A DNA stretch of 64,000 bases, taken from NCBI RefSeq assembly GCF_036677875.1, contig NZ_JAVBVP010000030.1; one strand, 5' to 3'. Shown here in pieces: positions 57,526-64,000 of the stretch. The position numbers and the translations under genes were made by a program. Origin of the DNA: Sphaerochaeta sp. (GTDB lineage Bacteria; Spirochaetota; Spirochaetia; Sphaerochaetales; Sphaerochaetaceae). The notes below the pieces were generated by a model that made no database searches, was not told the DNA's origin, and worked only from the letters and a program-made list of their open reading frames with translations. Each line of letters begins with the position of its first letter. The first letter of the stretch is position 1.

Positions 57526-58644
57526 TCAATTGAACGGATTGGCGTAGAACAATCCGCCTTGGTTCCAAGGCTTGTTGTAACCACGGGTGACACGCAGAGG
57601 AATACCGAGATTTCGATCAAAGATTTCCCCATAGTTGCCGACCTGCTTGATGATTTGGTATGCCCAGTCGAGGGAAAGTCCCATCATGGGCCCCAGTTCC
57701 TTGCCGGTTCCCAGCACATTCTTTGTCTCTGGACTGCTGGTTGTTGCACGTACTTCATCGACGTTGGCACTGGTGATGTTGTGTTCATCCCCATAGAACA
57801 AGGCAAACAATGTCCATTGGCAGATATCTTTCCAGTTGCTGTCTCCATGTCTGACAGCGATGCCCAGCGGTTCCTTGCTGATGGTTTCTTCCAATCCTTT
57901 GAAGTCCCCTGCATTCTCAAATTGAGCCAAAAATACAACAGCTGAGGATTTGTCCACGGAAACTGCGTCAACACGGCCATTGATGAATGCACTCTTCATT
58001 TCATCAAGATTCTCGAAGGTCAGGGGACGGTACGAGATGTTCTTGCTCGCCATGGTTGCCGCCAGGTTTGTCTCGGTGGTGCTGCCGGTAAGTACGGCGA
58101 TGGAGGCTCCTTCCAAATCCTCGATCGTATTGATCCCCAGATTGTCTCTTACTACGAAGGTTTGTCCATCATAAAAATAAGGAGAAGTGAAGTCGAGTCC
58201 CAGCTCCGTATCCCTGGACAGATTCACCGTTGCGGTGCGGATCAGCACGTCGATTTCCCCGCTCTGCAACGCAACGAAACGTTCCTTGCTGGTCAAGGGT
58301 CTGAACTCCAGTTTGTCAGGTGATCCGAAAACAGCCACACTCAAGGCTTTGGCAAGATCGATTTCAAATCCCTGGTAGCTTCCATCTTCCTGCAGGTAGG
58401 CGAATCCGGGATTGGAGGCGTTCACTCCCACGACGATATATCCTCGGTCGCGTATCTGCTGTAAGGTGGATACCGATGCTTTCGGTGCAGCCGGAGTGCT
58501 TTTCACTTCTGCAACAGGTGTCGCTACCGTCGGCTGTTGTTGCACTGTGCTGCTCTCTGTAGGTGTCGGTTGTGCTTTTGTGCAAGACGAACCCAGCACA
58601 AGTGCAAACATGAGTACAAAAGCAACCATCAAATGTTTTTTCAT
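57526..58644 (-). CDS. Amino-acid ABC transporter substrate-binding lipoprotein (AapJ/BztA-like, family 3)
   Basis: AGGAGA RBS. Signal/lipobox-like MKKHLMVAFVLMFALVLGSSC. SBP_bac_3 blocks (GFEIDLAKAL, DVLIRTATVNLSRD). Confidence 0.85.
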   Translation of the reverse strand: MKKHLMVAFVLMFALVLGSSCTKAQPTPTESSTVQQQPTVATPVAEVKSTPAAPKASVSTLQQIRDRGYIVVGVNASNPGFAYLQEDGSYQGFEIDLAKALSVAVFGSPDKLEFRPLTSKERFVALQSGEIDVLIRTATVNLSRDTELGLDFTSPYFYDGQTFVVRDNLGINTIEDLEGASIAVLTGSTTETNLAATMASKNISYRPLTFENLDEMKSAFINGRVDAVSVDKSSAVVFLAQFENAGDFKGLEETISKEPLGIAVRHGDSNWKDICQWTLFALFYGDEHNITSANVDEVRATTSSPETKNVLGTGKELGPMMGLSLDWAYQIIKQVGNYGEIFDRNLGIPLRVTRGYNKPWNQGGLFYANPFN

Positions 58645-58688
58645 ACAATTCTCTCCTTTTGTATTTCTGCCAAGATAGCTCTTGGTAT

Positions 58689-59738
58689 TTACCCCCAGAA
58701 TGTTTTGGTCGGAATATGGATGGTTTTCGCTTCCAATTCCTGATTTGTATGTTCGATTTTCTCCAAAAGGATATCGCACGCTCTTTGTGCTATTTGCTTG
58801 ATATCCTGTATGGTGATGAAAAAATGACCGACTACGTGTTCGAGCAGATCTTTTTGAATCATCAGGTCTTGGGTGAAGGAAAATTGGTCGACCGTCATGA
58901 ATTCTGCTTTATAGGATTTGAAGGGGGAATCCCCATAGACTTTGATGAGATGGGGCATGTAATATCCGGAGTGAAGAAAGATTGCCTCAGGTTTCCTCGT
59001 CAATTCAGCGAGTACGGAAGCTATGGTTGTTTGTCCATCGACCTCTCCACTGAGAAGTTGGAACGATGCTTCCCATGGTTCGAGACCCTTTTCCCGCATC
59101 GCGGCTTCATAGCCTTCGATACGCAGTTTGGCAGTCGAGTTCATTGCCTGTCCGCCTCTGGTCAGCATCAGTATGTCTCGTTTTCCCGTTTCAAGCATCT
59201 GTGTAGTCATTTCATAGGCAACATGGAAATGATCGGATGATACGACGTCCGCTTTGATTCCTTCGGCGAAACGATCAACGAAGACGAAGGGGAAGAGCTG
59301 ATTTTGCATTGCCCGATAGATGTTCAGACTTGGGGAGGAATTGTTCAGGGAAGCGATGAGCATTCCATCGAACAACCCGGAACGATACAATCCCAGGGAT
59401 TCCCGCTCTTTCTTTTCATCATTGAAGGTGTTGATCACCATCGCCTGATACCCCTTGGCCATCGCATATTGTTCAATGTGGTAGATCAGTTCCACGAAAA
59501 ATCCAACAGGGGTAAACGGTACGACGATGGCGATAATGTTTGAACGTTTTGACTGCAGCGCACTGGCGAGTCGATTCGGAATGTATTGTTCCCTCTGTGC
59601 GATGGCCAGGATGCGGTCTCGGGTTTCATCACTGATCCTGTTCTCTTTTGCCTTATTGTTCAGTACCAAGGAAACGACGGTAACCGAAACATGAGCCTCC
59701 TGTGCAATTTGTTTCAAGCTGGTTTTCGGCATAAGCAT
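58689..59738 (-). CDS. LacI-family transcriptional regulator
   Basis: N-terminal HTH SLKQIAQEAHVSVTVVSLVLNN and a periplasmic-binding-protein-like effector domain. Confidence 0.9.
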   Translation of the reverse strand: MLMPKTSLKQIAQEAHVSVTVVSLVLNNKAKENRISDETRDRILAIAQREQYIPNRLASALQSKRSNIIAIVVPFTPVGFFVELIYHIEQYAMAKGYQAMVINTFNDEKKERESLGLYRSGLFDGMLIASLNNSSPSLNIYRAMQNQLFPFVFVDRFAEGIKADVVSSDHFHVAYEMTTQMLETGKRDILMLTRGGQAMNSTAKLRIEGYEAAMREKGLEPWEASFQLLSGEVDGQTTIASVLAELTRKPEAIFLHSGYYMPHLIKVYGDSPFKSYKAEFMTVDQFSFTQDLMIQKDLLEHVVGHFFITIQDIKQIAQRACDILLEKIEHTNQELEAKTIHIPTKTFWG

Positions 59739-59749
59739 TCCTTATGTAG

Positions 59750-59769
59750 TTGCTAAAACGTTTAAGCAA
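59750..59769. promoter_or_regulatory. Candidate LacI-family operator
   Basis: TTGCTAAAACGTTTAAGCAA is a 20-bp inverted repeat (9 of 10 pairs) centred on CG. It fits the TGnnAAnCGnTTnnCA style of LacI/CcpA operators and lies 12 nt upstream of the lacI-family start codon. Confidence 0.55.
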
Positions 59770-59773
59770 AAGT

Positions 59774-59803
59774 AGTATAGCATTAGTATTCAAGAATTGT
59801 CAA
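59774..59803 (-). promoter_or_regulatory. Candidate sigma-70 promoter of the LacI/amino-acid ABC operon
   Basis: Minus strand reads TTGACA (59803-59798), 18 nt, TATACT (59779-59774). The operator starts 4 nt downstream of the -10 element. Confidence 0.5.
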
Positions 59804-59987
59804 AAAAATATACAAGAATTTTCTCCAGCGTGTTGGTTGCGTACCTGACATGCCTGAACCCATACAGGTTATGCAACAGAGGTGGACAATACTGTCATTT
59901 TCCTCTATCTTTAACAGAGAGAGGCCATTTGGGGCCTCCCGTTTCTGTGAAAATAGCTATTTCTTGTAAAGGCGATATATAGAACCA

Positions 59988-61598
59988 ATGAAATTTACTG
60001 AATTACCCGTATCAGAGCAAGTGCTCAAAGGCATCGAGTCTGCAGGATTCACCGACTGTACCGAAGTACAGGAAAAAGTGTTGCCTGTCAGCCTGCAGCA
60101 TCGCGATGTCATGGCCCAGTCAAAGACTGGAAGCGGAAAGACCGCAGTGTATGTGCTTACCATCCTGCAAGCCTTCGTGGAAGCCCGGCAAAAAGGAAAA
60201 AGCAAACCCAAAGCCCTTATTGTAGCCCCCACCCGTGAATTGGCCGTTCAGATCGAGGAAGATACCCTCTCCTTGGCGTCTGCAATGGAAGATGTAGCGG
60301 TGGGGTGTTTTTTTGGCGGGGTCGGGTATGGCAAGCAGGACGAGATCTTGGAGAAGGGATGCGACATCTTCGTTTGTACGCCCGGTCGTATTCTTGACTA
60401 CCAGAAGATGCACAAGATCGACTTCCGTGAGTTCGACATCTTCGTCGTTGATGAGGCCGATCGATTGTTCGATATGGGCTTCTACCCTGACATCCAGAAG
60501 ATGTTCAGCCTTCTGCGTGACTGCAAGGAGCGTCAGACGATGCTTTTCTCTGCCACGCTGGGAACCAAGGTCCGTAATCTGGCCTGGTCGTTCATGCATG
60601 ACCCGGTGGAGCTCGAGGTGCAGCCTGAAGAGATTACCGTCAAGGCGATCACCCAGGAGCTCTATCATGTTTCCAAGGATGAGAAGTTCAGATTGTTTCT
60701 GCAACTGATGCGTAAACAAGACCCGTCCAACTGCCTGATCTTCACCAATACCAAGGCACGGTGCATAGAGGTGGCCAAACGGCTTTCCCTCAACGGATAC
60801 CCGACCAAGTACCTGATGGGGGACCTTCCCCAGTCCAAGCGTCTGCAGACGATCGACCGGATGAAAGAAGGTAAGATCAAATTCCTGGTCGCCACCGATG
60901 TTGCCGCCCGCGGGCTCCAGATCGACGATCTCGAACTGGTGGTGAACTACGATATACCCGATGATTTCGAAAGCTATGTACATCGCATCGGGAGGACAGC
61001 CCGGGCCGGTAAGAGCGGCAAGTCCATCACTTTCGCTGATGAGGAATATGTATTCAACCTTGAGGCGATTGAAAACTACATCCAGATGAAGATACCGGTA
61101 ATCTGGCCGGCTGAGGGTGAGTTGCCCGAAGTTGAGGACAAGAGTGCCTCCTATTCCTTCAGGGACTTGGTCAGCAATGACGAATATGCACCGGCATCCA
61201 TGCGACCCAAGCGGGGAGGGCCACGTGGAAAAGCCAGGCCTGCTGCCGCAACTTCCCGTCCGCGATCGACCAAGCGGACGGAAGGCGGAGACCAAGGAAA
61301 ACGGAAACCCCGTCCTGTGGCTGCCAATGCGGAGCGGGTACCTGCACCGCGCCGGAGGAAACCGGGTTCCAAGAGTTATGCAGAAATCCAGAATCTGTCG
61401 CTTGAAGAACGTTTGGCGTATTACAAGAAGCAGTATCAGATGGATGAGCCCGGAAGCGGGGCATCCGATGTGAAGAAAAGTGTACCCAAACCAGTACAGA
61501 AGAAGCCGGTGCAACCGGTTCAGAAACAACAGGAAGTGACAACCGAAAAGAAGCCGGGATTTTTTGCCCGCTTGTTCGGTCGAAGAAAGAAGAATTGA
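59988..61598 (+). CDS. DEAD-box ATP-dependent RNA helicase with basic C-terminal tail
   Basis: Q-motif region, AQSKTGSGKT, VVDEAD, SAT and HRIGRTARAG motifs. The ~140-aa C-terminal tail is rich in K/R/P. Confidence 0.9.
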   Translation: MKFTELPVSEQVLKGIESAGFTDCTEVQEKVLPVSLQHRDVMAQSKTGSGKTAVYVLTILQAFVEARQKGKSKPKALIVAPTRELAVQIEEDTLSLASAMEDVAVGCFFGGVGYGKQDEILEKGCDIFVCTPGRILDYQKMHKIDFREFDIFVVDEADRLFDMGFYPDIQKMFSLLRDCKERQTMLFSATLGTKVRNLAWSFMHDPVELEVQPEEITVKAITQELYHVSKDEKFRLFLQLMRKQDPSNCLIFTNTKARCIEVAKRLSLNGYPTKYLMGDLPQSKRLQTIDRMKEGKIKFLVATDVAARGLQIDDLELVVNYDIPDDFESYVHRIGRTARAGKSGKSITFADEEYVFNLEAIENYIQMKIPVIWPAEGELPEVEDKSASYSFRDLVSNDEYAPASMRPKRGGPRGKARPAAATSRPRSTKRTEGGDQGKRKPRPVAANAERVPAPRRRKPGSKSYAEIQNLSLEERLAYYKKQYQMDEPGSGASDVKKSVPKPVQKKPVQPVQKQQEVTTEKKPGFFARLFGRRKKN

Positions 61599-61599
61599 T

Positions 61600-63318
61600 A
61601 TGCTCAGACGGTTCATTTCCTACTATAGGCCCTATAAAGGGTTGTTCTACCTTGACATGGGAGTGGCTATCTTCGCTTCCTTCCTTTCCATCCTGTTTCC
61701 CACCCTGACGCGTCAGTTGCTCAGGGTGGAAATCCCGAATCAGAATTTTCGCGCCATGTTGTACATTTTCGCCTTTATGCTGCTCATCTACGTGCTGCAG
61801 GCAATCTGCCAGTACATTCGGGTGACCTGGGGGCATATCCTCGGGGTGAAAATGGAAACCGATATGCGCAGTGAACTCTTTGCGCACCTGCAGAAGTTGT
61901 CGTTCGGATACTTTGACAAGACGAAGACCGGGCATATGATGAGCCGGATCACCAATGACTTGTTTCAGATCACCGAGATGGCACACCATGCTCCTGAGGA
62001 TTTCATCATCAGCGTGGCCACGATCATCGGTTCCTATGTGATCATGTTCAGCTACAGCGTTCCGCTTGCCCTCATATCGTTGCTTCCGCTTCCGATTATG
62101 GTGTTTTATGGCATTTTTTACGGATTGAAGATGAAGGCGACCTTCCGCCGGGTGCGGCGTACGGTTGCGGACGTGAACAGCAATGTTGAAAATTCCTTGA
62201 TGGGAATCCGTGAGGTCAAGTCGTTCGGCCGTGAATCGTATCAGGAAGAGAAATTCAACCAAGTCAATGACATCCTTAGGGACAGCAAGACCGAGCAATA
62301 TCAGGTCATGGGCAGCTACCATGCCTTGCTGGGGTTCTTCAGGGATCTCTATTACTTCTGCACCATTGCCGGCGGGGTCATCCTTATTTATTTCGGAAAG
62401 GTGCAATCATATGATTTGATCACCTTCATCCTCTATGTCGGGGTGGTCCTTCCCCCGATCGACCGGCTGATCAATTTCACCGAACAGTTGCAGCAGGGCA
62501 TGGCCAGTTTCGAACGGTTCGTCCAGGTCATGGATGAGGATCCTTCCATCAAGGATGCGAAGGATGCAAAGGAATTGAAGGTCAAAACAGGGTCCGTCCA
62601 TTTCGAGCATGTTGATTTTTCGTATGAGAGTTCGATATCCGAAGTACTGAAGGATATGGATGTGTCCATCGAAGGAGGAACGACGGTCGCTCTGGTAGGC
62701 GAGTCGGGCGCAGGCAAGAGTACCTTTGCTTCCCTGATTCCCCGCTTTTATGAACCGAGTGGCGGACGCATTCTTATTGATGGCCAGGATATCAAGACGC
62801 TCCGACAGAATTCGCTTAGGCAGAATATCGGCTTTGTACAGCAGAATGTCTTCCTCTTTGATGATACGATCCGGGAGAATCTGAAGTACGGCAAGGTAGA
62901 TGCAACCGACGAGCAGCTTTGGGCTGCATTGGATGCAGCAAACCTGGGCTCGTTCGTCCGTTCGCTTCCCCTCGGACTGGATACCCAGGTAGGGGAACGT
63001 GGAACGCTGCTCAGTGGCGGACAGAAACAGCGCATTTCCATAGCAAGGGTTTTCTTGAAGAACCCGCCGATCCTCATTTTCGATGAAGCGACCAGCAGCC
63101 TCGATACGGAAAGTGAGGAATTGATCAGTGAAGCGTTCGCCCGTCTCTCGAAAGGGAGAACCGCCATCGTCATTGCCCATCGGTTGACTACGGTGAAGAA
63201 TGCCGATTGCATCTTTGTCCTTGATGGAGGTACACTGGTCGAAGCTGGCACGCACTCCGAACTGCTCGGACGAAACGGCCAGTATGCCAAATTGTACAAG
63301 ACCCAGGACTTTTCCTAG
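61600..63318 (+). CDS. ABC exporter, fused permease/ATPase (MsbA-like type I exporter)
   Basis: 6-TM N-terminal domain and an NBD with [36 protein letters not shown] 61600 lies 1 nt after the helicase stop. Confidence 0.9.
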   Translation: MLRRFISYYRPYKGLFYLDMGVAIFASFLSILFPTLTRQLLRVEIPNQNFRAMLYIFAFMLLIYVLQAICQYIRVTWGHILGVKMETDMRSELFAHLQKLSFGYFDKTKTGHMMSRITNDLFQITEMAHHAPEDFIISVATIIGSYVIMFSYSVPLALISLLPLPIMVFYGIFYGLKMKATFRRVRRTVADVNSNVENSLMGIREVKSFGRESYQEEKFNQVNDILRDSKTEQYQVMGSYHALLGFFRDLYYFCTIAGGVILIYFGKVQSYDLITFILYVGVVLPPIDRLINFTEQLQQGMASFERFVQVMDEDPSIKDAKDAKELKVKTGSVHFEHVDFSYESSISEVLKDMDVSIEGGTTVALVGESGAGKSTFASLIPRFYEPSGGRILIDGQDIKTLRQNSLRQNIGFVQQNVFLFDDTIRENLKYGKVDATDEQLWAALDAANLGSFVRSLPLGLDTQVGERGTLLSGGQKQRISIARVFLKNPPILIFDEATSSLDTESEELISEAFARLSKGRTAIVIAHRLTTVKNADCIFVLDGGTLVEAGTHSELLGRNGQYAKLYKTQDFS

Positions 63319-63336
63319 CACGATGGAGGAAACAGC

Positions 63337-64000
63337 ATGAAATCGATTCGAATAGCGTTTGCAGCCTTGTTTGTCATCCCGATCCTTCTGCTTTCCATCC
63401 TCTATGCTTTCCTTCCCGCCTCTCTTTTGCGTGCGTTCGGACGGTCAGATGCCGCCGAACGTCATCTGAGGAGGTGTGGGCATTTCCTCGGGAATTCCAT
63501 CCTGTTCTTCTTGGGAGTAACCGTACATGTCGATGGTCGGGAGAATCTTCCCCAAACCTCCAACATCTGCTATATGGGGAACCATCAGAGCCTGCTTGAT
63601 ATCGTGGCATTCGTCGGTCCGGCCGATTTGTGGGCGGGCATCATCGCCAAGGTTGAAGTCAAGAAGATTCCGATCATCAATCTGTGGAGTTATGCCCTGG
63701 GCTGTATTTTCATCGATCGGGTGAGCCCCCATGACGCCATAAAGGCCATTCTCAAGGGGGTCCAGCATCTGAAAGACGGGAAAAGCCTGTTGGTTTTCCC
63801 GGAGGGAACCCGCAGCAAGAGCGGAAAAATCGGAGAATTGAAGAACGGAAGCCTGAAGTTGGCAACCCGTTCAAAGGCCGTCATCGTCCCCTTTACCGTC
63901 AAAGGACTGCGGGCCGGGTTTGAGAACCTCAGGGGTTTTCGCAGGGTGCATGCCTATTTCTCCATTGGGAAAGCCATTGCTACCGATCAATTGAGTGAAG
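63337..64000 (+). CDS. plsC: 1-acyl-sn-glycerol-3-phosphate acyltransferase (3' end outside window)
   Basis: GGAGGA upstream of ATG 63337. My own translation gives the NHQSLLD (HX4D) and FPEGTRS acyltransferase motifs, and the frame is open to the window edge. Confidence 0.85.
   Translation, partial: MKSIRIAFAALFVIPILLLSILYAFLPASLLRAFGRSDAAERHLRRCGHFLGNSILFFLGVTVHVDGRENLPQTSNICYMGNHQSLLDIVAFVGPADLWAGIIAKVEVKKIPIINLWSYALGCIFIDRVSPHDAIKAILKGVQHLKDGKSLLVFPEGTRSKSGKIGELKNGSLKLATRSKAVIVPFTVKGLRAGFENLRGFRRVHAYFSIGKAIATDQLSE

Noticed and set aside
60120-62406. 498-aa and 411-aa minus-strand ORFs
   Set aside because: They are antisense to the DEAD-box helicase and the ABC exporter, and no motifs are present. 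Other long antisense ORFs were rejected on the same logic: 8481-9467, 9504-10442, 23258-24181, 27295-28029, 29133-30173, 38251-39612, 44325-45038 and 5922-6401.
1-64000. Mobile elements, prophage, defence islands (RM, CBASS, retron, TA loci other than Fic)
   Set aside because: I saw no transposase, integrase, reverse transcriptase, cyclase, nuclease-helicase pair or restriction/methylase signature in any of the six frames. The only toxin-like gene is the solitary Fic.

Overview
This is a 64-kb chromosomal segment, roughly 50% GC by eye, from a diderm, anaerobe-like bacterium. The gene mix includes TolC and beta-barrel OMP genes, Hcp, D-LDH, EF-P beta-lysylation genes, a sigma-54 regulator and many ABC importers. 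It looks Spirochaetota (Sphaerochaeta-like) to me, but that is a guess from memory, not a search result. I call 55 protein-coding genes (2 cut by the window edges), one tRNA-Arg(CCG), one in-frame 57-bp tandem repeat, and several promoter, operator and terminator candidates. I saw no rRNA, CRISPR array, transposase, integrase or phage genes. Most content is core housekeeping: ftsH-hslO-rlmL, polA-coaE, nadE, efp/epmA/epmB, mnmE-mnmG-rsmG-ftsK, plsC and a DEAD-box helicase. Interspersed are transport and catabolism genes: a MacAB-TolC-type efflux set with an adjacent sigma-54 two-component system, a sugar ABC importer facing a GH88/105 hydrolase, an Aap-like amino-acid ABC importer with LacI and GlpQ, MFS, MntP and an MsbA-like exporter. 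Gene packing is very tight, with many 4-nt ATGA start/stop overlaps, and all seven convergent protein-coding pairs overlap at their 3' ends. I did not find a convincing self-contained novel multigene system. The best leads are: (1) a modular outer-membrane protein with a near-perfect 57-bp repeat linker; (2) a low-GC solitary Fic gene with a fused VbhA-like inhibitory module; (3) the efflux/two-component/PepF array; (4) a LacI-controlled Aap-like transporter that ends in GlpQ; (5) a pair of paralogous small OMP genes. All functional calls come from reading the translated ORFs. No database search was run.
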